From assembly GCA_029856145.1 (NCBI GenBank), contig JAHQWK010000001.1:480001-544000 (forward strand): a stretch of 64,000 bases of DNA, written 5' to 3'. The first letter of the stretch is position 1. Every line of letters starts with the position of its first letter. The position numbers and the translations under genes are program-made. Below the pieces are notes generated by a model that had not been told where the DNA came from, ran no database searches, and was given only the letters and a program-made list of their open reading frames with translations. Below, in pieces: positions 47,847 to 56,337 of this stretch. The stretch comes from Promethearchaeia archaeon (GTDB taxonomy: Archaea; Asgardarchaeota; Lokiarchaeia; Sigyniarchaeales; SOKP01).

Positions 47847-48434
47847 ATGGATTTCAATTTACGAATTCCTCAAGATAAAAGGCATTTATTTACAGAACCT
47901 CTTGATAAATTAATAGCAGGAACACGAGAAGAAACAATTCTTCAAGTAGAAAACATTTTTAAAGATTATTTAAAATCAGGAATACATATAAACTTTTATA
48001 TTGTTGGAGATATTGTAGCTAAAGACTTTCTGGCTAATCAATTTCTAAAAATATTCATTAAGATTTGTATAATTGATGAAAAGACCCAAAGAAATTATAT
48101 AAAGTTAGATTTTGAGGAATTTTTTGAACAAACTATTGAATTTCAAAACCCTGAAGGAACAATTAATAGTGATTGTTGGAAACTCTTTAGAGACGTCATT
48201 AATTCTGGGAAAAGAACCTTAATCAAAATAACAGAGGGAGAGGAGGATCTATTAATACTTCCTCTTTTAGTTGAAATTCCTCTTTTAAAAGGAATAAAAA
48301 ACTTCTGTTTTTATGGTCAACCACCTATTACGGATTCTAAATTCATAATTCCAGAAGGAATCGTAATTGTTGATGTTGATAAAAACATTCAAGAAAAGGT
48401 TAAAAAAGTTATATCAATAATGGAAAGTTTCTAA
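47847..48434 (+). CDS. GTP-dependent dephospho-CoA kinase (DUF359)
   Basis: VGDIV, IDEKTQR, NPEGTI, GEEDLL and YGQP, in its canonical operon position. Confidence 0.9.
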   Translation: MDFNLRIPQDKRHLFTEPLDKLIAGTREETILQVENIFKDYLKSGIHINFYIVGDIVAKDFLANQFLKIFIKICIIDEKTQRNYIKLDFEEFFEQTIEFQNPEGTINSDCWKLFRDVINSGKRTLIKITEGEEDLLILPLLVEIPLLKGIKNFCFYGQPPITDSKFIIPEGIVIVDVDKNIQEKVKKVISIMESF

Positions 48435-48577
48435 AGATTTATTTTAAATTAATTAGTAATAATTTAACTTTTACCTATAGTAAAAAGCAAAATTTTATTT
48501 TATATCTATTCTTTTGAATTTTATAATAGTAAAAATCTTTAATTAATAGATGTTATAAAAAGTTAGTACGCTGAAAA

Positions 48578-48931
48578 ATGCCATTAAATATAGAAATACT
48601 GGAAGAGAAGAAAAACCCCCTAATTGAGCGAACAGAAATCAAATTTAGAATTGATCATTTTGGAGTGGGTACTCCAAATAGGCTAGATATTAAGAAAAAA
48701 ATTGCTGCAATGCAAGGGAGCGATGAAAAATTGACCATAATTAGAAAACTAGGTACTCATTTTGGAGTATCTTATACTATTGGAAAAGTTTACATTTATA
48801 AAGATGCTAAAGAGCTGCGCTATTTTGAACCCTTCCATGTTCAAGTTCGTAATCTTGAAAAAGAAAAAAGAACCGAAATTATTCAATTGAAAAAAAGAAA
48901 AGAACCTTATAAACATCTATTTGAATATTAA
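48578..48931 (+). CDS. rps24e: 30S ribosomal protein eS24
   Basis: NPLIER.E, GTP.R and T.FG. Confidence 0.92.
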   Translation: MPLNIEILEEKKNPLIERTEIKFRIDHFGVGTPNRLDIKKKIAAMQGSDEKLTIIRKLGTHFGVSYTIGKVYIYKDAKELRYFEPFHVQVRNLEKEKRTEIIQLKKRKEPYKHLFEY

Positions 48932-48953
48932 TTAAATATATATTAAGATTGAG

Positions 48954-49160
48954 ATGAATTCTTCGAATTATTATAAAATTGAAGGAAACAAGTTGGTTAG
49001 AACCCATCGATCATGCCCTAAATGTGGTCCAAGTTTTTTCCTTGCAAATCATTTTGATAGATGGTCTTGCGGGTCTTGTGGATATACCGTATTTAAAAGA
49101 AAAGGTGCTCCAAAACCTAAAACTACTAGACGAACTCCTCGAAAACGTCAAAAAGCATAG
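48954..49160 (+). CDS. rps27ae: 30S ribosomal protein eS31 (S27ae)
   Basis: CPKCG..F.A.H.DRW.CG.CGYT. Confidence 0.94.
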   Translation: MNSSNYYKIEGNKLVRTHRSCPKCGPSFFLANHFDRWSCGSCGYTVFKRKGAPKPKTTRRTPRKRQKA

Positions 49161-49269
49161 CGTACTTAATCTTTAAATACTTTATTTAATTGAAAAATTA
49201 AATCTAAGTCATTAATTTAAAAGTAATTCAATTTTTAACCCTTAAAATTTATTAACCTGAATTGAAAAT

Positions 49270-50289
49270 TTGGCGAAATTAATGAAAAAGTTATGTTTAG
49301 GTATTGAATCTACTGCACATACGTTTTCAGTAGGAATTCTCGATTTTAATGGAAATGTATATAGTCTAATAAATGATATTTTCGTACCTGATAAAGGAGG
49401 ACTCCATCCTGCCTTGGTTAGAGAACAACACTTAAACAACTTTATGAAGATCATAAATCGAGCTCTATTAGAAGCAAATATCTCAATAAAAGATATTAAT
49501 TTAATGGCTTTTAGTCAAAGTCCTGGTTTAGGATCTGTTTTAAAAATTGGTGCTATGGTTGCACGCATGTTAAGCCAACTCTTAAATATTCCGATTGTTG
49601 GGGTTAATCATTGTGTTGCTCATATTGAAATAGGAAGACTATTATGCCATATTGAAGATCCTCTTGTTTTGTACGTTTCAGGTGGGAATACTATTGTAAG
49701 TGCGTATGAATCTAGTAGATACCAAATCTTTGGAGAAACGCTTGATTTAGCAATTGGTAATATGATTGATTCTTTTGCTAGAGATGCTGGATTACAGCAT
49801 CCTGGTGGTCCTAAAATAGAAAAAATGGCTTTAGAATCTAATAAAGATTACCTTCCATTACCCTATGTTGTAAAAGGGATGAATTTATCATTTTCTGGAC
49901 TTTATACGGCAGCAAAGTATCTACTTCAATCTGAAGAGTATGATAAAAAATATAATTTAGGTGATATCGCTTATTCTTTACAAGAAACGGCTTTTGGGAT
50001 GTTAACGGAAGTTACAGAAAGAGCTTTAGCTCATACGGAAAAGAAAGAAGTTCTTCTCACTGGAGGCGTAGCTGCAAATAAAAGATTGCAGTCTATGATA
50101 GAATATATCAGTAAGGAGCATGATGCAAGATTTGAAGTCGTACCATTAAGATATGCAGGTGACAATGGAGCAATGATAGGTTGGACAGGAATTCTAAGAT
50201 ATCAAGCAGAAGGAGGGCATGAAATTTCTGAGACAATCATTAAACCTAAAGAGAGAATGGATCAAATAACTATCCCATGGAGGTCGTAA
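49270..50289 (+). CDS. kae1: KEOPS subunit Kae1 (t6A synthesis)
   Basis: LGIESTAH, NHCVAHIEIG, YVSGGNT, GETLD and DNGAMI. The likely start is 49282. Confidence 0.96.
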   Translation: MAKLMKKLCLGIESTAHTFSVGILDFNGNVYSLINDIFVPDKGGLHPALVREQHLNNFMKIINRALLEANISIKDINLMAFSQSPGLGSVLKIGAMVARMLSQLLNIPIVGVNHCVAHIEIGRLLCHIEDPLVLYVSGGNTIVSAYESSRYQIFGETLDLAIGNMIDSFARDAGLQHPGGPKIEKMALESNKDYLPLPYVVKGMNLSFSGLYTAAKYLLQSEEYDKKYNLGDIAYSLQETAFGMLTEVTERALAHTEKKEVLLTGGVAANKRLQSMIEYISKEHDARFEVVPLRYAGDNGAMIGWTGILRYQAEGGHEISETIIKPKERMDQITIPWRS

Positions 50290-50295
50290 ATATAA

Positions 50296-50970
50296 TTGAG
50301 TTCTGATGTGGAGAAGGAAAAAATCATTCGAAAAGGTGCGGAGGCAAATCTTTATTATGGGCATTGGTTCGGAAAAGAAGTAATATTTAAGTATAGAATC
50401 CCAAAGAAATACCGAATAGAAGAATTAGATAAGAGAATTAGAACAGAAAGAACATTAAATGAGGCTCGAGCTTTAATAAGAGTAAAAAAATATGGGATAA
50501 ACGTACCGCAAGTATTTGAAATTGACACAGTTAATTCTACAATCGTTATGAAATATGTACATGGTACTAAGTTAAAAGATATATTGCCTAATTTAGATGA
50601 TAGTAAAAAACAGCTTTATTTTAATGAAATAGGTAGAATTATAGCAAATTTACATAAAAATGGACATATCCATGGTGATATTACTACAAGTAATATTATA
50701 ATAACTCCAGAAGAAAATATATTTCTTATAGATTTTGGATTACATGAATATTCTGATACAATAGAAGATAAAAGCGTTGATCTTCATCTCTTTAAGAGAG
50801 TTTTAATCTCATCTCATGGGAAAGATTATAAATATTGCTTTGACGCATTTCTCGAAGGATATAGGTCAGAATATAAGAAAATCGATTCAACTGAATGGAA
50901 GGCGATTATTAAAAACATAGATGCCATTGAAAGCCGTGGAAGGTATATCAAATCGGAAGAACGCTTATAA
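50296..50970 (+). CDS. bud32: KEOPS kinase/ATPase Bud32
   Basis: KGAEA, HGDITTSN, IDFGL, ED..VDL and RGRY. Confidence 0.95.
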   Translation: MSSDVEKEKIIRKGAEANLYYGHWFGKEVIFKYRIPKKYRIEELDKRIRTERTLNEARALIRVKKYGINVPQVFEIDTVNSTIVMKYVHGTKLKDILPNLDDSKKQLYFNEIGRIIANLHKNGHIHGDITTSNIIITPEENIFLIDFGLHEYSDTIEDKSVDLHLFKRVLISSHGKDYKYCFDAFLEGYRSEYKKIDSTEWKAIIKNIDAIESRGRYIKSEERL

Positions 50971-51262
50971 AACTTCGTTATTTACCCTTCTAATTATCTT
51001 GAAAGAGATCTTACAAAATTAATAAAATATTTTCAACTAGACTATTAATTTGTAGTGCAAAACGTTCATCAAAATAATTAAACAATCTAAATTATTTATA
51101 TCTTAAATAAACAAACAGAATAATTTATATCTTATTTTAACTTAAAAGATTATATTAGAAAAGAGTGAATAATTAAGGGCAAAGAATATATCTTCTTTCT
51201 AATTCACTTTTATCATTAGGAATAAGAGATTTTTAGACGCAGAAATTTTTGGAGTTAGGTAA

Positions 51263-51472
51263 ATGGCAGATAACGATAAAAAGAAAAAAAAGAAGAAAAT
51301 GGTAAATATAACCATTAATCTGCCCTATATTTATGACGTAAATATTCAAAAACTTATTGGTATGAAGATTGTTGCCTCAAGGTCAGAGGCAATCCGTACC
51401 GCATTACGTGATTTCCTCCATGATGAGTATAACAATCTAAAATTACTCGGTTATTTTGAGGATAGCCCCTAA
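51263..51472 (+). CDS. Ribbon-helix-helix (CopG/Arc-like) protein
   Basis: ITINLP...SRSEAIRTALRDFL. Confidence 0.85.
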   Translation: MADNDKKKKKKKMVNITINLPYIYDVNIQKLIGMKIVASRSEAIRTALRDFLHDEYNNLKLLGYFEDSP

Positions 51473-51566
51473 ACAATCTCTCTTTATTTGTTCACATGTA
51501 ATAAAGATTTATATCATTAATTTACTTATTTTTACTATATTATACTTAAGTACATAAAGAATTAGA

Positions 51567-52160
51567 ATGCTTTTATATAATATTGCTGAGAATGGTGCTT
51601 TAAGAAAGGTTACTAAAGTGGATTTTAATGAAAACAAAGTGTTTTTAATTGATGATTTTAAGACATTGTATTTATGGGTTGGATCAAAAGCTTCTAAAAA
51701 AAAGAAAGATTTGAGCATAAAAAGAACCGAAAAACTGAAAGATCAGAAAGAAAAACTTGTTAAAATTCAAATTATTAACCAAAATCAAGAATTTGGAGCA
51801 TTTTTAGCAATAATGGACATTTTAAAGAAAGGATTTAAATCGGTTGAATCTATTGAAAAAAGACCTGAATTAGAAATAGAATTTGAGGGCACCATGGAAC
51901 TGATTGAAGCGGGAATTGATCCCGATTTTGAAACTGAAATAACTTTACTGGCTCATAAGCTTTCCCAAGAAAGCCATTCCTATGAGGGTCTCTGCAACAA
52001 ACTTGCAAAATTACAAATGGACTTCTTGAAAGGTAAAGGAAAAGCCTCAGAAAAAGAAATCAAGAAAAAATATGAAGAAATATATAAATCTTCATCAACA
52101 TATGACGAGCTATGTTGGTTAATTTCAGAATTAAGTAAATTTTTAGAAAAGAAATTCTGA
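51567..52160 (+). CDS. Asgard single-gelsolin-domain protein with a C-terminal helical X domain (1DGelX-like)
   Basis: F.ENKVFLIDD...LYLWVG and Q.QE...FL gelsolin motif; C-terminal YDELCW. Confidence 0.8.
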   Translation: MLLYNIAENGALRKVTKVDFNENKVFLIDDFKTLYLWVGSKASKKKKDLSIKRTEKLKDQKEKLVKIQIINQNQEFGAFLAIMDILKKGFKSVESIEKRPELEIEFEGTMELIEAGIDPDFETEITLLAHKLSQESHSYEGLCNKLAKLQMDFLKGKGKASEKEIKKKYEEIYKSSSTYDELCWLISELSKFLEKKF

Positions 52161-52162
52161 AA

Positions 52163-52678
52163 TTATTCAGTTGCTCGGCATTTAATTGTTAAAGGAGTAT
52201 AGCTATTGTTAAAAAGAATATGTTTATACATCAACTCATTTACAGCTTTAATGTAGCAGCCACGTTCACCCACTGCAATATGATAAATGTTTAAATCTTT
52301 TAAAAAACAAATAGAGACTTCATATATACCTTGTTTTTTATTGATTTCAATTTGTATATCATCTATACATAAATCTGGAAATAAATTGAAGATCAGATTT
52401 ATTAGAATATTATCAAATCTAATTATCATAACTTTTTTATTATTGATGTGATTTCTTATTGAATTTAGAAAGGTTTTTGCCTGAAAATATTTTTCTTGTT
52501 TTACAAAGAAAAATATGAAATCTTTATTTTCGATTTTGATGAGAATTATATATGATGGGTCTATTTGTGTCTTATTATAGAAATAACTGTGAAGAATAAG
52601 CTCGTAATTTGAATATTTTAAGGATTTGATTGTCAATTGCTGATAAAGAATTAAATCATCGAGAATTGTATAAAACAT
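52163..52678 (-). CDS. Degenerate NusA-like KH-domain protein
   Basis: IFNLFP and IAVGERGCYIKAVNEL (second KH of archaeal NusA). The first KH GxxG is absent. Confidence 0.65.
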   Translation of the reverse strand: MFYTILDDLILYQQLTIKSLKYSNYELILHSYFYNKTQIDPSYIILIKIENKDFIFFFVKQEKYFQAKTFLNSIRNHINNKKVMIIRFDNILINLIFNLFPDLCIDDIQIEINKKQGIYEVSICFLKDLNIYHIAVGERGCYIKAVNELMYKHILFNNSYTPLTIKCRATE

Positions 52679-52902
52679 ATATAAAATATCTCAGAACAGA
52701 TTTATAAAGTCCTATGAAATTGATTTTATCTATAAATAAGTTTCATCAACAGCAAATAAATTAGGTAATCTCGCGGAAGATTTAATAAATGATTTACTTA
52801 GGTTTAAGGTATAAAAATTTAAAAAAATTGAAGATTTTTCTGACCAGATTATTAATCAGAGATCTGCTAGGATAAGTCATTAGTCCTAATTTTATATTTC
52901 TA

Positions 52903-53148
52903 TTATCGGCGTCTCCTAATTTTACGTGCTTCTCGTTCTACTTCCCGCAAAACAACAATATCATTCAATTTAATAGGTCCTTTTACATTTCGGGTTAATA
53001 TTCGATTTCTATCTGGACCTTCAAGAATGCGTACTTTGATCTGAGTAATTTCTCCAGTGAGCCCAGTTCGCCCAATAATTTGAATAACTTGTGCTGGAAT
53101 GGATAAATTTTGGACTGAGGCTCCTTTTGATTTGTCTAATTTGACCAC
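52903..53148 (-). CDS. rps28e: 30S ribosomal protein eS28
   Basis: [16 protein letters not shown] and E.EREAR. Confidence 0.96.
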   Translation of the reverse strand: MVKLDKSKGASVQNLSIPAQVIQIIGRTGLTGEITQIKVRILEGPDRNRILTRNVKGPIKLNDIVVLREVEREARKIRRRR

Positions 53149-53171
53149 ATATTTTCACCAAACTTTTTTTT

Positions 53172-53543
53172 TTACTTTTTGATTTCCTCTAATTTCTTGA
53201 TAACATCATTTAAAGCACCATCGTTTCCAGTTCCTCCATTTTCGATTGCAATGGCACTTGAAGAAATGTTAATTCTGACTGTGTTTCCAAGCTCTTTTTT
53301 AGTGGAAAGATATCCATAAGGAATATTTTTTTCTTCGCACAGTAGGGGAATATGGAAAAGGATCTCCGGAGGGCTTACATCTTCTGCCATAACGACTAGT
53401 TTTGCCTGAACTCGTTCAATTGATTTCGTGACTTCATTCATTCCTTTTCGTATCTTTGAATCTCTTGTTTCTGCTATTTGGCCTAAAGTTTTCTTAATTT
53501 GAGTCTTTAATTTGTCAGGAATCTTAAATTTAACATAAGAAAT
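53172..53543 (-). CDS. rpl7ae: Ribosomal protein eL8/L7Ae (K-turn binding), apparent ATT start
   Basis: KIRKGMNEVTK, AEDVSPPEI..H.PLLCEEK.IPY and SSAIAI. Homology (SYVKF.IP) extends to 53543, beyond the ORF-track start at 53441. Confidence 0.92.
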   Translation of the reverse strand: MSYVKFKIPDKLKTQIKKTLGQIAETRDSKIRKGMNEVTKSIERVQAKLVVMAEDVSPPEILFHIPLLCEEKNIPYGYLSTKKELGNTVRINISSSAIAIENGGTGNDGALNDVIKKLEEIKK

Positions 53544-53549
53544 TTTTAA

Positions 53550-53605
53550 TCATCTCCTTCAAATATATTTAATTTTAGATATATTTTCATAAATCATCGA
53601 GATAG
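53550..53605 (-). promoter_or_regulatory. Candidate kink-turn hairpin in the L7Ae 5' leader overlapping the SD
   Basis: mRNA sense AUCUC-GAUGAUUUAU-GA-AAAUAUAU(loop)AUAUAUUU-GA-AG-GAGAU: an 8-bp stem closed by GA/GA. Confidence 0.55.
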
Positions 53606-53935
53606 TATGAGAACAGTAGTAAAGGATATTAAATAAAATTTTTGATTTAGTTTTGCTTTAATTCATAGAATCTTAAGATAATTTGTTTATTATAATATAT
53701 TTTATTTAGAAAATTTGCTTAGGTTTTTACATATGAATAGTGTAATCTTTCTTTTTCTTGAATTTAAGTTTAAATTTTGGGTCAAAAGTGTATACAAATT
53801 CCAAAAAGATTGAAATTAGGAGAAAAAGTTTATATTTCTAATTTCCAAATATTCCATCAAAACTCAAGATCCGAAATTCATCTTTCATTAAGTTATTAAT
53901 TTTTCAAAAAAAAAACTGTTAGTATAGACATAATT

Positions 53936-56287
53936 ATGAATAGAAAAACTAAATATTTTTTACCGATTCTAATTTTTTGGATTCTCTCACTCAGCACTCT
54001 TAGTCGTTGTAATTTGTATTTTGAATGGATCTTTGGATGGACTTCAGTATTTAATGATTTAGAAGTATATAATAATGTTTTATACTCTTATTATGTGGGA
54101 TGTTTTTCTTGGTCAATTGTAACATATTATCTTGGAACGATTAATATAGAAAGGTTTAGAAGGGGTATTAAGTCAATAATTTTGTTTTATCCATTCTGGT
54201 TAGGTATAAGTATCTTTGTAAGCAGTGTTGGATTATCGTCATTTTATAATGCTTGGATTTTGGTTCATGTTCTAATGCGTTTTTGGGTTGGCACAGGGCT
54301 CATATTAGCGGGTATTATGGTATTAAACTTTATAGCATATCGAATCTATAAACCTATTCTTAAGGATAAATTATTCAGAGCACCAATGGAACTAGATAAG
54401 ATACCCTCAGAACCTAAATCATATTTTATTAAATTTGTTGAAATCTTAGAAAAATGTCAACTTAAAATTTTCATTTTCATATCCTTAGTTTTAGGGGTAT
54501 TTTTTATTATATCAACTACAATAGGATCCTCAGGAGTTACATATCTTAGTTCTGTATTTCTATTTTTTACACTCATTATCATCAATTTTCTTTACGATAT
54601 CAATTACCTGTTTTCAAAAAAGAAAGAATATTCATACCACATTAAAATTAAAAGGAAGTTCCCTTATACAAATGAATTTGATAATCTTTTAAACAAATTT
54701 AAGAAATTGATAGATGAGGGAAATATATTTTATTCAAATGAGTCATATGAATCAGCTATAGAAAACTGGAAAGAAGCAGTCAATATCTATTTAAGTTTCT
54801 CCAAAATGGTTATCCAAAAGAAAATGATAAAAGTAAATCTTAAAATTTTGAAGGAAAATTTAAATGATGCATATAATGGCGCTATTATCGTCCATCTTAA
54901 AAATGCTCAAGAAGCATTTACAAATTTAGATTTTAAGACTGCAAAAGATGAATGGAGCTTATCTATTGATGATCTTTATTCTTTACTTAAATTAAGGAAG
55001 TTTGGAAAATCAAAAGTATCTCGCAAAGAAATTATATTAAAAATAGAAGATATAACCTCAAACCTTAAACGTTTGGAAATTGAAGTTATGATTGTTAAGG
55101 CTGATGACGAATTAAAATCTGCTCATGTATTGCAGGATCAAGAATTAGTTAAATCAATTAAATTAACCAATAATAGCATTCTATTGTATTCAAACGCAAA
55201 AAAGAAAGCTAAGAACTCCAACCAATATAAGGATTATAATGAAAAAATACAAAATCGACTTCTAAATGTTCGAGTATTTCAAGAAAAACTTCAGGAGAAA
55301 TTAGATAAATCAATGGGTATCACACCATTGGAAAAACGGGTGAAATTTGATGTGGATGAACTTAGCGAGTTTGAAATTGCGTCAGTAATAAAGGATGAAA
55401 TCATAAAACAAATACTTTCGATTGTTAGAGAATATGAATTTATAGGAGGTCAAGTAAGATTTAAAATAGGTTTAGTAAATAATACAAATTATCCTTTAAC
55501 TAATTTCAGGATTACTTTTGATTTACCTAAATCGTTAAAATGGATAATGCATGAACCTAATTACGAACGAAAAGGAGACAGTATACTCATTCCAAAATTA
55601 GGAGCAAAAGAAAAAAAGGCAGTGTCTCTTTATTTTGAACCTCTCAATTGTATGGAAAGCCATATAAATGCCACTGTAAGTTTTTTTGATGTAAAAGATA
55701 AGCCACATGCAATACCTATGAAACCTAAAATGATTGCCATTTCTTGTCCAATTTTCTTCACTGAAAGTGATGCAAATTTGGCAAGGGTTAAGAGTCTAAG
55801 GCGCAATCTTACACATCGAGATAAAAAAGTATTTCCAATTATTGATCCTGAAAAAGCACACTCTATTTTTTCTTCCATTCTATCTGTTTTAGAACAATTT
55901 GATATAAAATTAATCTCTAATGAATTTTTTGAAGATGACAATTTTGGAGAAGCTTGGTTTTTTGGTATAACAAAAGTTAAGAAAGAAAGACTTGTTATGA
56001 ACGTTCTATTAGATGGAGATAGAAAAACTTTAGAATTTGAAGTATCCGGAAATAATGAAGAACAAATAACAGCATTCTTAGCCGAAATTGGTGATCGTGT
56101 AAGACAAAAATTAATTGAAAATAATATTATCACTTCTGAAGAGGGATTCTATGATATGAGAATCGCTATTTTATCATGTTTGTGTCCATATTGTTATACT
56201 CTATTGTCATCTGAGTCAGTTGAGAAATTTTGTAATGGGGAAATTATTAGTTGTGAAAATTGTTGTGTTAACATCAAAATTGATTAA
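53936..56287 (+). CDS. Multi-TM protein with a TPR-like helical region, appendage-like (Ig sandwich + platform) module and Zn ribbon (paralog 1)
   Basis: Hydrophobic N-terminal ~225 aa, REYEFIGGQVRFKIG, and CPYC...CENC. Confidence 0.75.
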   Translation: MNRKTKYFLPILIFWILSLSTLSRCNLYFEWIFGWTSVFNDLEVYNNVLYSYYVGCFSWSIVTYYLGTINIERFRRGIKSIILFYPFWLGISIFVSSVGLSSFYNAWILVHVLMRFWVGTGLILAGIMVLNFIAYRIYKPILKDKLFRAPMELDKIPSEPKSYFIKFVEILEKCQLKIFIFISLVLGVFFIISTTIGSSGVTYLSSVFLFFTLIIINFLYDINYLFSKKKEYSYHIKIKRKFPYTNEFDNLLNKFKKLIDEGNIFYSNESYESAIENWKEAVNIYLSFSKMVIQKKMIKVNLKILKENLNDAYNGAIIVHLKNAQEAFTNLDFKTAKDEWSLSIDDLYSLLKLRKFGKSKVSRKEIILKIEDITSNLKRLEIEVMIVKADDELKSAHVLQDQELVKSIKLTNNSILLYSNAKKKAKNSNQYKDYNEKIQNRLLNVRVFQEKLQEKLDKSMGITPLEKRVKFDVDELSEFEIASVIKDEIIKQILSIVREYEFIGGQVRFKIGLVNNTNYPLTNFRITFDLPKSLKWIMHEPNYERKGDSILIPKLGAKEKKAVSLYFEPLNCMESHINATVSFFDVKDKPHAIPMKPKMIAISCPIFFTESDANLARVKSLRRNLTHRDKKVFPIIDPEKAHSIFSSILSVLEQFDIKLISNEFFEDDNFGEAWFFGITKVKKERLVMNVLLDGDRKTLEFEVSGNNEEQITAFLAEIGDRVRQKLIENNIITSEEGFYDMRIAILSCLCPYCYTLLSSESVEKFCNGEIISCENCCVNIKID

Positions 56288-56337
56288 TATTAAGAATATT
56301 CAATTAAAATTAAATATAGATAAATTCGAGGGATTAA

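Noticed and set aside
48932-48953. Ubiquitin fused to or preceding eS31
   Set aside because: Only 22 nt separate rps24e and rps27ae, leaving no room for a ubiquitin domain.
52841-52892. Two small hairpins downstream of rps28e as a C/D-box sRNA or SECIS
   Set aside because: The stems are only about 5 bp and the box-like motifs are incomplete and too close together. At most this is a 3' UTR or terminator structure.
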